A DNA stretch of 64,000 nt from Pigmentiphaga sp. Lineage in GTDB: Bacteria > Pseudomonadota > Gammaproteobacteria > Burkholderiales > Burkholderiaceae_B. The DNA lies in contig JBAYOI010000001.1 of NCBI GenBank assembly GCA_041678365.1, positions 6,153-70,152 of the forward strand. The letters are read 5' to 3'. A model generated the notes under the pieces. That model was not told the DNA's origin, did not search any database, and saw only the letters and a list, made by a program, of their open reading frames with translations. Numbering within the stretch: position 1 is the stretch's first letter; every line of letters begins with the position of its first letter. Of this stretch, positions 39,317 through 48,863 are shown in pieces. Both the position numbers and the translations under genes were made by a program.

Positions 39317-41611
39317 TCACACCTGCTGGCGCAAGACCTTCGCGGCGGACACCATATTCGCCAGCGCGGGCGTCACCTCGCTCCACTGGCGGGTCTTCAG
39401 CCCGCAGTCCGGATTGACCCACAAGCGCTCGGCGGGAATCCGCCCGGCCGCTTTTTGCATCAAAGCAACAATATGCGCCTGGCTCGGGATATTCGGCGAA
39501 TGAATGTCATACACGCCCGGACCGATTTCGTTCGGATAATTGAAGTGGTCGAACGCATCGAGCAACTCCATGTCCGAACGCGAGGTTTCAATCGTGATCA
39601 CGTCCGCATCCATGTCCGCAATCGACGCAATAATGTCATTGAACTCGGAATAGCACATATGGGTGTGGATCTGCGTCTCGTCCGCCACCCCGTTGGCCGT
39701 GATCCGGAACGATTCAATCGCCCAGTCCAGGTACTCCCGCCACTGCGCTTGGCGCAGCGGCAGCCCTTCGCGCAAGGCCGCTTCATCAATCTGGATGATG
39801 CGCACGCCCGCCTGCTCCAGCTCCAGCACTTCCTCCCGGATGGCCAGCGCCAATTGCTTGCAGGAGACCGAACGCGGCTGGTCATCCCGCACGAAGGACC
39901 AGTTCAACAGGGTGACCGGGCCGGTCAGCATGCCTTTCATCGGCTTGTTGGTCAGCGACTGGGCGTACTGGATCCACGCCACCGTCATCGGTTTCGGACG
40001 GCTGATGTCGCCGAACAGAATCGGCGGTTTCACGCAGCGCGAACCGTAGGACTGTACCCAGCCGAATTGGCTGAAGGCGTACCCGTCCAGCTGTTCGCCG
40101 AAATATTCGACCATGTCGTTGCGCTCGGCCTCGCCATGCACCAGCACGTCCAGTCCGAGCTTTTCCTGCTCCCGCACGCTGCGGGCAATCTCGGCCCGCA
40201 TGGCTTCCTGGTAAGCGTCCTCGCCAAGCTCGCCAGCCTTGAAGCGGCTCCGCGCCTGGCGGATTTCCGGTGTTTGCGGGAAGGAACCAATCGTGGTGGT
40301 CGGGTAAAGCGGCAGGTTCAATCCGGTTTTCTGCTTGGCGGCGCGGACGCCATAGGGATTGGCGCGGCGGCCCAACTTCGCATCGATCGTCGCCACGGCG
40401 GCGGCCACCCTGGGATTGTGAACGCGCGATGAAGCATTACGCGCCTCGATCGCGGCGCGGTTCTCTGCCAGCGCCTCGGCAACGGCCTCACGGCCCTGGT
40501 TCAAGGCCACGGACAAGACTTTTAGCTCATCCAGTTTTTGCAGCGCAAAAGCCAGCCACGACCGGATCTCGGCATCCAGCTTCCGTTCACTGGCCAGATC
40601 CACCGGCACATGCAGCAAGGAGCACGACGGCGCCACCCACAGCCGATCGCCGAGCTGCGCGGCAATCGGCGCCAGCCAATCCAGCACACGGTTCAAATCC
40701 GTCTTCCAGATGTTGCGGCCATTGATCACGCCCAGCGACAGGACACGATCTGGCGGCAACCGGGCCAACACGGCATCCACTTCATCGCGCGCATGGAGCG
40801 CATCCAGATGCAGGCCCGCAACCGGCAGGCTCAGCGCCAGCGGCAGATTGTCCTGCAAGGAACCGAAATAGGTGGCCAGCAGCAGCTTCACCTGGCTTGA
40901 AGACAAGGCCGCATAGGCGCCACGGATGGCTTCCTGCCAGGCGCTGTCCAGCTCCGTCACCAGGATCGGCTCGTCGATCTGCACCCACGCCACGCCCTCG
41001 GCGGCCAGCGCGGCCAGCAGCTCGGCATAGGTTGCCAGCAGGCCCGGCAACAAGGCCAGCTTGTCCGAATTGTCCTTGGCCTTGCCGAGGGCCAGATAGG
41101 TGACCGGTCCGATCAGCACCGGCTTGGCCGGAATGCCCTGGCTGCGCGCTTCCCGCAATGGGGCCAGCAGACGCGTTGCGTCCAGCTTGAAGACGGTATC
41201 CGCCGTGAACTCAGGAACAATATAATGGTAGTTGGTGTCGAACCATTTGGTCATTTCACCGGCTGCCACGCCGCCGCAGGCGGCGTGTTCCTCCGCGCTT
41301 TGCGTGGACCGGCCGCGGGCCACCCGGAAGTAGTTGTCCAGCGCATCGCCCTGAAAGTCACGCACCCGCTCGGGCAGGTTGCCCAGCGTGAAGCTCAGGT
41401 CCAGCACCTGGTCATAGAAGGAAAAATCGCCAACCGGCACCAGATCCAGTTCCGCCTGCTGCGCCCAATGGCGCTTGCGCAGGTCCGCGCCAACCGTTTT
41501 CAGCGCGTCCAGCGAGGACTGTCCCTTCCAATAGGACTCCAGGGCGAACTTCAGTTCGCGCTTCGCGCCAATGCGCGGAAAACCGAGGTTGTGAATGCAT
41601 GCCATGACCAA
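39317..41611 (-). CDS. metE: Cobalamin-independent methionine synthase
   Basis: [39 protein letters not shown] and NPDCGLKTR. Start may be the ATG at 41605. Confidence 0.97.
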   Translation of the reverse strand: MVMACIHNLGFPRIGAKRELKFALESYWKGQSSLDALKTVGADLRKRHWAQQAELDLVPVGDFSFYDQVLDLSFTLGNLPERVRDFQGDALDNYFRVARGRSTQSAEEHAACGGVAAGEMTKWFDTNYHYIVPEFTADTVFKLDATRLLAPLREARSQGIPAKPVLIGPVTYLALGKAKDNSDKLALLPGLLATYAELLAALAAEGVAWVQIDEPILVTELDSAWQEAIRGAYAALSSSQVKLLLATYFGSLQDNLPLALSLPVAGLHLDALHARDEVDAVLARLPPDRVLSLGVINGRNIWKTDLNRVLDWLAPIAAQLGDRLWVAPSCSLLHVPVDLASERKLDAEIRSWLAFALQKLDELKVLSVALNQGREAVAEALAENRAAIEARNASSRVHNPRVAAAVATIDAKLGRRANPYGVRAAKQKTGLNLPLYPTTTIGSFPQTPEIRQARSRFKAGELGEDAYQEAMRAEIARSVREQEKLGLDVLVHGEAERNDMVEYFGEQLDGYAFSQFGWVQSYGSRCVKPPILFGDISRPKPMTVAWIQYAQSLTNKPMKGMLTGPVTLLNWSFVRDDQPRSVSCKQLALAIREEVLELEQAGVRIIQIDEAALREGLPLRQAQWREYLDWAIESFRITANGVADETQIHTHMCYSEFNDIIASIADMDADVITIETSRSDMELLDAFDHFNYPNEIGPGVYDIHSPNIPSQAHIVALMQKAAGRIPAERLWVNPDCGLKTRQWSEVTPALANMVSAAKVLRQQV

Positions 41612-41714
41612 CGCTCTCTTGCTTAAACCGTGAAGTAAGCATGGTAGTCAGCTCATTGCATGAGGTAAAATGGTAAATATTAAATTATCAATTAGTTTTA
41701 TTCATAGTTAAGCC

Positions 41715-42629
41715 ATGATTGAGCGCGTCCATCTGACCATCATTCGCGAAGTGCACCAGCAAGGCTCCTTGACGGCTGCCGCCAATGTGCTGTGCCTGAC
41801 GCAATCCGCGCTCAGCCACACCATGAAAAAACTGGAGCAGCAACTGGGCACCGCCGTCTGGCAACGCGACGGCCGCCGCTTGCGGCTGACCCAGGCCGGC
41901 GAGTATTTGCTGACTTTGGCCAATCGCCTCCTGCCCCAACTCAACCTGGCCGAAGAACAAATCCAGCAATTTGCCCTTGGCGAGCGCGGCACTCTGCGTA
42001 TCGGCATGGAGTGTCACCCTTGCTATCAATGGCTGCTCAAGGTGGTTTCGCCTTATCTGGAGAAATGGAAAAACGTTGACGTCGACGTCAAGCAGAAGTT
42101 CCAGTTCGGCGGGATCGGTGCCTTGTTCGACTATGAGATAGACTTGCTCGTCACCCCGGACCCCATCCACCAGACAAGCCTGAGCTTCGAGCCGGTGTTT
42201 GACTATGAACAAGTGCTGGTGGTCAGCCGCCGCCATCCGCTGGCCCGGGCCAAGTACGTGGAACCGGCGCAGCTCAGCCAGGAAGTCTTGATCACCTACC
42301 CGGTCAGCATCGAGCGGCTGGACATTTACGCCCAGTTTCTGCTGCCGCAAGGCATCATGCCCCGCCGCCACAAAACCATCGAGACAACCGATATCATGTT
42401 GCAGATGGTGGCCAGCGATCGCGGCGTGGCGGCGCTGCCCCGCTGGCTGGTTGAGGAATACGCGGAAAAAATGGACGTCGTGCCGGTATCGCTGGGCCCC
42501 GAAGGCATTGCCAAGCACATCTACCTGGGCATGCGCGAGTCCGACAGCAGCGTGGATTACCTACAGGATTTTATTGATATGGCCTGCCAGTCCGTTGCAG
42601 GCCAGGAGCGGAGAACCCCCAATGACTGA
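41715..42629 (+). CDS. metR: LysR regulator of methionine synthesis
   Basis: LTQSALSH and [11 protein letters not shown] motifs; divergent from metE. Confidence 0.9.
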   Translation: MIERVHLTIIREVHQQGSLTAAANVLCLTQSALSHTMKKLEQQLGTAVWQRDGRRLRLTQAGEYLLTLANRLLPQLNLAEEQIQQFALGERGTLRIGMECHPCYQWLLKVVSPYLEKWKNVDVDVKQKFQFGGIGALFDYEIDLLVTPDPIHQTSLSFEPVFDYEQVLVVSRRHPLARAKYVEPAQLSQEVLITYPVSIERLDIYAQFLLPQGIMPRRHKTIETTDIMLQMVASDRGVAALPRWLVEEYAEKMDVVPVSLGPEGIAKHIYLGMRESDSSVDYLQDFIDMACQSVAGQERRTPND

Positions 42630-43317
42630 ACCCATTCAGCGCAAGCCGCTGGCTTTGCCCAATGGACACAAAAAGGTCTTGCTGCACTCGTGCTGCGCCC
42701 CCTGTTCCGGCGAAGTCATGGAAGCCATGCTGGCCTCCGGCATTGACTACACCATTTTTTTCTATAACCCGAACATTCATCCGGTCAAGGAATACGAACT
42801 GCGCAAAGAAGAAAACGTGCGCTTTGCGGAAAAATTTGGCGTGCCGTTCGTCGACGCCGACTACGACCGCGACAACTGGTTCGAACGTGCCAAGGGCATG
42901 GAACACGAGCCCGAGCGCGGCATTCGCTGCACGATGTGCTTTGACATGCGTTTCGAGCGCACCGCGCTCTACGCCCATGAGCACGGCTTTCCGGTCATCA
43001 CCAGCTCGCTCGGCATTTCGCGCTGGAAGGACATGAACCAGATCAATGACTGCGGCATCCGCGCCGCGTCGCACTATCCGGACATGGCCTACTGGGACTA
43101 CAACTGGCGCAAAGGCGGCGGCTCGGCCCGCATGATCGACATCAGCAAGCGCGAACACTTCTATCAGCAGGAGTATTGCGGCTGCGCCTACTCCTTGCGC
43201 GACACCAACAAGCATCGGGTGGCAACCGGCCGCGAGCGCATCAAGATCGGCCTGAAGTACTACGGTGATGAAGACCAGGCCGACAACACGAAAACCATAG
43301 AAATCAAGCGCATCTGA
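42622..43317 (+). CDS. queH: Cobalamin-independent epoxyqueuosine reductase (DUF208)
   Basis: [24 protein letters not shown] and YQQEYCGC motifs. Confidence 0.9.
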   Translation: MTEPIQRKPLALPNGHKKVLLHSCCAPCSGEVMEAMLASGIDYTIFFYNPNIHPVKEYELRKEENVRFAEKFGVPFVDADYDRDNWFERAKGMEHEPERGIRCTMCFDMRFERTALYAHEHGFPVITSSLGISRWKDMNQINDCGIRAASHYPDMAYWDYNWRKGGGSARMIDISKREHFYQQEYCGCAYSLRDTNKHRVATGRERIKIGLKYYGDEDQADNTKTIEIKRI

Positions 43318-43328
43318 ACAGGGTCATG

Positions 43329-43356
43329 GCGCGCTGAAAGGCGTCTTTCAGCGCGC
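43329..43356. terminator. 12-bp-stem hairpin between convergent genes
   Basis: GCGCGCTGAAAG-GCGT-CTTTCAGCGCGC; no clear U-tract. Confidence 0.5.
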
Positions 43357-43384
43357 GCCCTTCACAGTCCAGGTCGTTGCTCCG

Positions 43385-44368
43385 TTACTGCGCTTTGATG
43401 CCGAACTCCTTGACCACGCGAGCGTAGCGCTCGTATTCGTCATTCACCGCCTTCTTGGCATCGTCCACGGACGTGCCGAGGGTTTCCACGCCCTGCTCGC
43501 CCATTCTGGCCTTGACCGCCGGTTCCGTGATGATTTTATTGATGGCCTGGTTCAGGGCCTGAATGGCTTCCGGGGGCGTACCAGCGGGCGCAAACACCGG
43601 GAAGAAGACATTCATCTCCACCCCTTCAATGCCGGACTCGGTGAAAGTGGGCGTGTTCGGCAAGAACGGAGAGCGGGTTTTCTCAGCCACCGCCACCGGC
43701 ACCAGCCGTCCGGCGTCAATGTGCTGGCCAAAGCCGCCCAGGGCGCCGAACGACAGCTTGATCTGCCCGGCCATGGTGTCCGTAATGGCGGGCACCAGGC
43801 CTTTGTACGGCACGTGCGTCATTTCCGTGCCGGTGGCTTTCATGAAGAGCTGCCCGCCAATGTGCTGCGGAGAGCCATTGCCCGATGAGCCATAGGCCAG
43901 GCCCGGGTTGTTCTTCAGGTAGGCCACCAACGCCTTCGGATTGTTGACACCCAGATCCGGATTGGCGAAGACGACCAGCGGCGATGCGGCACTGATGGTG
44001 ACCGGCGTCAGGTCTTTCACCACGTCAACATTGCTGCTGGCGCCCGCTGGCAGCACATGCGGCGCACCCAGCAAGGTGCTGGCGCTCAGCAGCAGGGTAT
44101 GCCCATCCGGGTCGGCGCGCGCCACGTTTGCCGCGCCGATCAATCCGCTGGCGCCGGTATTATTCCGGACCACCACCGTTTGCCCCAACAGCGCGGGCAG
44201 GCGCTCCGCCAGCAGCCTCCCCATCATGTCCGTGCTGGACCCTGGCGCAACCGGGACCACAATCGTCATCGGCTTGCTGGGCTTCCAGCTTTGCGCCGAC
44301 ACCCCCGCGGGCAGCACCGCAACACAGCCCAACAGCAACCATTCCAGCGACTTTATCCGAGGCAGCAT
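43385..44368 (-). CDS. Bug/TctC substrate-binding protein
   Basis: VPVAPGSSTD, SSGNGSPQH, HVPYKG and PTFTE motifs. Confidence 0.9.
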   Translation of the reverse strand: MLPRIKSLEWLLLGCVAVLPAGVSAQSWKPSKPMTIVVPVAPGSSTDMMGRLLAERLPALLGQTVVVRNNTGASGLIGAANVARADPDGHTLLLSASTLLGAPHVLPAGASSNVDVVKDLTPVTISAASPLVVFANPDLGVNNPKALVAYLKNNPGLAYGSSGNGSPQHIGGQLFMKATGTEMTHVPYKGLVPAITDTMAGQIKLSFGALGGFGQHIDAGRLVPVAVAEKTRSPFLPNTPTFTESGIEGVEMNVFFPVFAPAGTPPEAIQALNQAINKIITEPAVKARMGEQGVETLGTSVDDAKKAVNDEYERYARVVKEFGIKAQ

Positions 44369-44470
44369 CGTCTTCCCCCTTGATGGCTTGTGAGGTTTCC
44401 TTATAAAGGGATCTTTCAAACTTGACCAGTCGAGCAAACACGAGCAGCGGTGCATCCGCCTGGGCCAGGA

Positions 44471-44962
44471 CTATTTCCGATGGCGCTCCATGGCAACGCG
44501 CGCGAAAGGCTCCAGATCCTGGGCCCAGCTTTGCAATAGATCGATCAAGCGTTCGCGCTCCTGTTCGGGCACGGGCGACAGCAACTTCTCATACACCGCC
44601 TCGGCCAGGCCATTGGCTTCATCCAGCACCGCCTTTCCTTCGGCAGTCAGCGAAACAAAATACTGGCGCCGATCGCTCGCATTGACCTTGCGCACCAGCA
44701 GGCCTCGCTCCTCCAGGCCTTTCAGCACACGCATCACGGTCACCTTATCCAAGCCCAGCTGGCGCGCCACACTGGACTGGTCCTGATCCGTCAAGGCATT
44801 GACGATCACCATCGTGCCGTATTGGGTTGGGGTCAAGGACAAGGACTTGCAGGCTTCCTCGAACATGCCGACGGAGATCTGGTGCAGGCGGCGCAACAGA
44901 AAACCGGGACGAGTGAACAAACGCTCCGTGGCGGGGCGGAAAGTCGGGCGGGCGGTTTCCAT
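44471..44962 (-). CDS. MarR family transcriptional regulator
   Basis: RPGFLLRRLHQ, TPTQYG and DRR motifs. Confidence 0.9.
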   Translation of the reverse strand: METARPTFRPATERLFTRPGFLLRRLHQISVGMFEEACKSLSLTPTQYGTMVIVNALTDQDQSSVARQLGLDKVTVMRVLKGLEERGLLVRKVNASDRRQYFVSLTAEGKAVLDEANGLAEAVYEKLLSPVPEQERERLIDLLQSWAQDLEPFARVAMERHRK

Positions 44963-45022
44963 CGTGTCCTCGATTCGGGTAATTGCGCATTGTCGCTCAC
45001 AATACCGTTAAATTATCGTTAT

Positions 45023-45038
45023 AGTAAGCATGCTTACT
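45023..45038. promoter_or_regulatory. Perfect 16-bp palindrome, probable MarR operator
   Basis: AGTAAGCATGCTTACT lies just upstream of the RBS of the divergent Bug gene. Confidence 0.65.
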
Positions 45039-45051
45039 TTCTGGAGAGATC

Positions 45052-46038
45052 ATGAGCCCCTTGCCCGCCAACCGTCGGCATTTTCTCAAAACCTCGCTGG
45101 CGCTTGCCGCCGCCAGCCAGCTCTCGCCCGCCATGGCACAGCTCGGCGGCGGCGCGCCGATCCGCCTGGTGGTGCCATTCACCCCCGGCACCGGCATTGA
45201 CATTATTGCGCGCACACTGAGTCCTGGCCTGTCCAAGGCGCTGGGCCGCCCGGTCATTGTGGACAACAAACCCGGCGCCTCCGGCAACATCGGCACGGAG
45301 CACGTGGTGCGCGCCGAGCCCAACGGAGACACCCTGCTCGTTTCCGTCAACACCTTGGTCATGAACGCCTCGCTGTACCCCAGCCTGCCGTTCAATCCGG
45401 TCACGGACCTGGAGCCGATCACGCTGACCAGCTGGGGCCAGCTGATGCTGGTGGTCCCCGCGTCCTCACCGTTCAACACCGCCGAGGACTTGATCAACGC
45501 GGCCAAGAAAGACCCGGGCAAGCTCAACTATGCCTCGCCGGGCGTCGGCACGCCGCACCATATGTCGATGGAGCTGTTCAAGAACACCACCAACACGTCC
45601 CTCACGCACATCCCGTACCGCGGCACCGGACCGGCCGTGACCGATCTGCTCGGCGCCCAGGTCGAGTGCATGTTCCTGCCCATCCACGTGGCGCAGGCCC
45701 ACATTCAGGCGGGCAAACTGCGCGCCCTGGGCATCGGTTCGTCCAAGCGCCACCCGGTTCTGCCCGACGTGCCGACGCTGAAAGAGGCCAATGCCGGCGA
45801 TGTCGACGTGGACATGTGGTACGGCATTTTTGCGCCAAAAGGCATGGACAAGGCCCTGGTCCAGCAGCTCAACAAGGAGCTCCGCATCTTGCTTGAATCC
45901 CCCGAGATCAAAAAGGCCTTTACGCCGCAAGGGATGGACCCGGCCACCAGCACGCCGGAAGCCTTTGCCGAACTGGTGTCCAACGACGCCAAACGCTGGG
46001 CGGCGCTGGTCAAGGCCCAGAACATCCAACCCGATTGA
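45052..46038 (+). CDS. Bug/TctC substrate-binding protein with Tat signal
   Basis: NRRHFLK twin-arginine motif; VPFTPGTGID and HIPYRG. Confidence 0.92.
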   Translation: MSPLPANRRHFLKTSLALAAASQLSPAMAQLGGGAPIRLVVPFTPGTGIDIIARTLSPGLSKALGRPVIVDNKPGASGNIGTEHVVRAEPNGDTLLVSVNTLVMNASLYPSLPFNPVTDLEPITLTSWGQLMLVVPASSPFNTAEDLINAAKKDPGKLNYASPGVGTPHHMSMELFKNTTNTSLTHIPYRGTGPAVTDLLGAQVECMFLPIHVAQAHIQAGKLRALGIGSSKRHPVLPDVPTLKEANAGDVDVDMWYGIFAPKGMDKALVQQLNKELRILLESPEIKKAFTPQGMDPATSTPEAFAELVSNDAKRWAALVKAQNIQPD

Positions 46039-46039
46039 C

Positions 46040-46163
46040 CACGCGCCTATGCGCAAGCCTCGCCCTTCAGGGCGAGGTCAAGCAAGGCAGGGTCCATACG
46101 GCGCCGAAGGCGCCCCCGTTATGGTGGCGAGGAAGCTCCCGACTTCAGGCGGGAGTGACTCAA
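46040..46163 (+). mobile_element. ~124-bp non-autonomous IS200/IS605-type element, copy 2 (diverged)
   Basis: TGAC at 46036-46039; same LE CAAG + hairpin as the other copies; RE GAAG-CTCCCGAC-TTCA-GGCGGGAG-TGACTCAA. Confidence 0.75.
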
Positions 46164-46202
46164 CCCGAACTCCTTACTTAATTTTTTGAACGAAGAGCAA
46201 CC

Positions 46203-47420
46203 ATGAAAATAGCAATTATCGGCGGCGGCATCGGCGGCCTCACCACAGCCTTGATGCTGCATCAGCGCGGCCTGCGCTGCGAAGTCTATGAGGCCGTGCC
46301 AGACGTAAAAGAGATCGGCGTCGGCATCACGCTGCTGCCGCATGCCATGCGCGAACTGGCGGCGCTCGGCTTGCAGGACGCGCTGGAGCGCGACGGCATC
46401 GAGAACCTGGAAAGCGTGTTCTACAACAACTTCGGCCAATTCATTTACAAGGAACCGCGCGGCCGCCACGCGGGCTATGACGTGCCGGAACTGGGCATGC
46501 ATCGCGGCAAGCTGCACCGGATTCTGTATGACGCCGCCAAAGAACGGCTCGGCGCGGACAAGATCCACACCGGCTATCGCGCCAGCCGCGTCGAGCAAAC
46601 CGGAGACCAGGTCACTGTGCACTTTGATGCGGTGGCGGGCAATCCCGCACCGGCACCGGTCAAGGCTGACCTGGTGCTGGCGTGCGACGGCGTCAACTCC
46701 AGCATCCGCCGCCAGTTCTATCCGGATGAAAGCGTGGCCTTCGCCGGCATCAACACCTGGCGCGGCGTCACCCGCCATGCGCCGATCCTGACCGGCAAAA
46801 GCTATATCCGCATTGGTTCGATTGAAACCGGCAAGCTGGTGGTCTACCCGATCATCGACGGCAACGGCGAACAGCTGATCAACTGGACGGCGGAAATCCG
46901 CCAGCCCGGCAAGTCCATGAATGATTGGAACAAGACCGGCAAGCTGGAAGACTTCCTGCCCATCTACGAAGACTGGAAGTTCGACTGGCTTGACGTGCCC
47001 ACCTTGATGAAGAACTCGGACGTCATTTTCGAGTATCCGATGGTTGACAAGGACCCGATCGATCGCTGGACCTTCGGCCGCACGACCTTTCTCGGCGACG
47101 CCGCTCACCCGATGTACCCGCGCGGCTCCAACGGTTCGGCGCAAGCCATTCTGGATGCCAAATGCATCACTGACATCCTTGCCCGCCCGGACACGCCGAA
47201 CCGGGTTGAAGCCGCCTTGCAGGAATACGAGGACATCCGCCGCCCGGCCACGGCCAATGTGGTGCTGACCAACCGCAGCGTTCCGCCTGACTTCATCATC
47301 ATGAAGGTTGACGAGTTGAGCGGCGGCAAGCCGTTTGACAACATCGACGACCTGATCAGCCAGGAAGAACTACGCGAGATCTCCGACAACTACAAGAAAG
47401 TGGCGGGGTTCTCGAAATGA
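46203..47420 (+). CDS. Group A FAD-dependent monooxygenase (salicylate hydroxylase / PhzS-like)
   Basis: GGGIGG, CDGVNS, YPMVDKDP and GDAAHPMYPRGSNG motifs. Confidence 0.88.
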   Translation: MKIAIIGGGIGGLTTALMLHQRGLRCEVYEAVPDVKEIGVGITLLPHAMRELAALGLQDALERDGIENLESVFYNNFGQFIYKEPRGRHAGYDVPELGMHRGKLHRILYDAAKERLGADKIHTGYRASRVEQTGDQVTVHFDAVAGNPAPAPVKADLVLACDGVNSSIRRQFYPDESVAFAGINTWRGVTRHAPILTGKSYIRIGSIETGKLVVYPIIDGNGEQLINWTAEIRQPGKSMNDWNKTGKLEDFLPIYEDWKFDWLDVPTLMKNSDVIFEYPMVDKDPIDRWTFGRTTFLGDAAHPMYPRGSNGSAQAILDAKCITDILARPDTPNRVEAALQEYEDIRRPATANVVLTNRSVPPDFIIMKVDELSGGKPFDNIDDLISQEELREISDNYKKVAGFSK

Positions 47421-47460
47421 ATTAAGCCCACCCCTACCCGCTTACGCGGGCCCCTCAAGG

Positions 47461-47619
47461 GGCGACACCAGCGGACCGGCAAAGCCGGATCCGCGGTGTC
47501 CTGGATAAGCTGAGCTTCTTGAGCCGCTGAGTCTGCTACTGAAACTCGGATGCGCCAGGTGGCGACACCGGGGGACCGGCAAAGCCGGATCCGCGGTGTC
47601 CTGGAGTGCTGAGCTTCTT
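47461..47619. repeat. Two ~60-bp hairpin-forming direct repeats with a 100-bp period
   Basis: GGCGACACC(A/G)G(C/G)GGACCGGCAAAGCCGGATCCGCGGTGTCCTGGA...GCTGAGCTTCTT starting at 47461 and 47561. Confidence 0.85.
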
Positions 47620-47637
47620 CTGTTTCCGGAGCGAACT

Positions 47638-48681
47638 CTACCAAGCCCAGCCTGCCGTCAGCAGCTTGACCAGCAGCCAGGTTCCAATGCCCTGGCCGAT
47701 AAAGAAGCAGACGGCAAGCAAGGCCGTGGTTGCGCCACGATAGTAGTTGGACAGCTGCGTGGCGCGTGATTGCAGCGAGGGATGCAGGTTGTAATACCCC
47801 AGGGCCAGCAAGAAGAAGGCGCCCACCGACAACGGGCCGCCCGCCAGGGCCAGGAACACCGCCAACAAAAGCATCAGCGCGCCCAGACCGGCCCCGTGCT
47901 TGAAGCCCCGGCCAACATATGACACCAGGCTGATGAACAGCAAGCCCACCGAACCAAAGATCAAGCCAGGCAGATAAGCGGGCACTTGCGGCATGAGCAG
48001 CGGGGCGGTGGCCAGCAGGCCGAACACCGCGGCGCCTTCGATCATGACAATGCCATACAGCGGCACCATGCGTTTCAACGCGGGCCTGTCCTTATGGACG
48101 GACGGCCCCCTGTCCGTCCCCCGCTGTGCCGCCGCGGGCATCCCGCCCAGCATCAAGGCCGCACACAGCAGGAGCGGCACGGCGCCGCTCATCTGCGCCC
48201 AGCGCACATCCCCCCAACGCATCAGCAAGACCGCCAGCGGCACCGACAGCGTAATCCCCAATGCCTGCCCCGCCATGAACTGCGTCATGACCCGCGTGCG
48301 CAGCGAGACAGCCGTGTGATCGCCGATCAAGGCCATGGCGAGCGGAATCAGCGGCCCGACAAAAAAACCGCTCAGCCACCGCAAGGTCAACATTTGACTG
48401 ATCGGCACCAGCGCCGTGGCCAGAACCAGCACCGCCGCCAGCGCGCTGCACACGGCCAGGCTGTGCCGCCGGTAACGGGCAGGGCTGAAAATGGCAATAA
48501 CCTGCCCCAGCGCATAGCCCCACATGAAGCGCGTCAACAAACCGGAAGCCGTCAACAGTTCCACGGAGGCCGAGGCGGCAATCCCCCCGATCAGCGGATC
48601 GTAGGAGCGCGCATTGAAGGCCGAGGAGAACGAGGCCAGCAGGCAAGCCAGCAGCAAGCCATGATTGATTTTTTTATCCAT
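47638..48681 (-). CDS. MFS transporter (short, divergent)
   Basis: Many hydrophobic helices; LRWLSGFFVG..IPLAMALIGD and LHPSLQSRATQL motifs. Confidence 0.7.
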   Translation of the reverse strand: MDKKINHGLLLACLLASFSSAFNARSYDPLIGGIAASASVELLTASGLLTRFMWGYALGQVIAIFSPARYRRHSLAVCSALAAVLVLATALVPISQMLTLRWLSGFFVGPLIPLAMALIGDHTAVSLRTRVMTQFMAGQALGITLSVPLAVLLMRWGDVRWAQMSGAVPLLLCAALMLGGMPAAAQRGTDRGPSVHKDRPALKRMVPLYGIVMIEGAAVFGLLATAPLLMPQVPAYLPGLIFGSVGLLFISLVSYVGRGFKHGAGLGALMLLLAVFLALAGGPLSVGAFFLLALGYYNLHPSLQSRATQLSNYYRGATTALLAVCFFIGQGIGTWLLVKLLTAGWAW

Positions 48682-48795
48682 TTGCGGGCGCTGCCGACGC
48701 CGGAGCCGTTGAAAGCCTCACAGCATAGTACGGAGCAAATGCGCCGCCAAGGCTTGGTTGAAGCGTCCGCCGGATTGCCTCATCCGGAAAACCGG

Positions 48796-48837
48796 AAAAA
48801 AAATCGCCCGGACGCGTTGCGGGCCTCCGAGCGATTT
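48796..48837 (-). terminator. Probable intrinsic terminator of the Mo-hydroxylase/Bug operon
   Basis: Minus strand AAATCGCTCGGA...TCCGGGCGA followed by T8. Confidence 0.6.
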
Positions 48838-48863
48838 CAAGGGTAATCCGATCCAAGCCGTGC

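Noticed and set aside
41612-41714. Cobalamin or SAM riboswitch upstream of metE
   Set aside because: The spacer is short, AT-rich and looks like a LysR divergent promoter; no riboswitch core motifs visible.
47461-47619. Possible mini CRISPR array
   Set aside because: Only two units, repeats about 60 bp and imperfect, and no cas genes or leader in the window.
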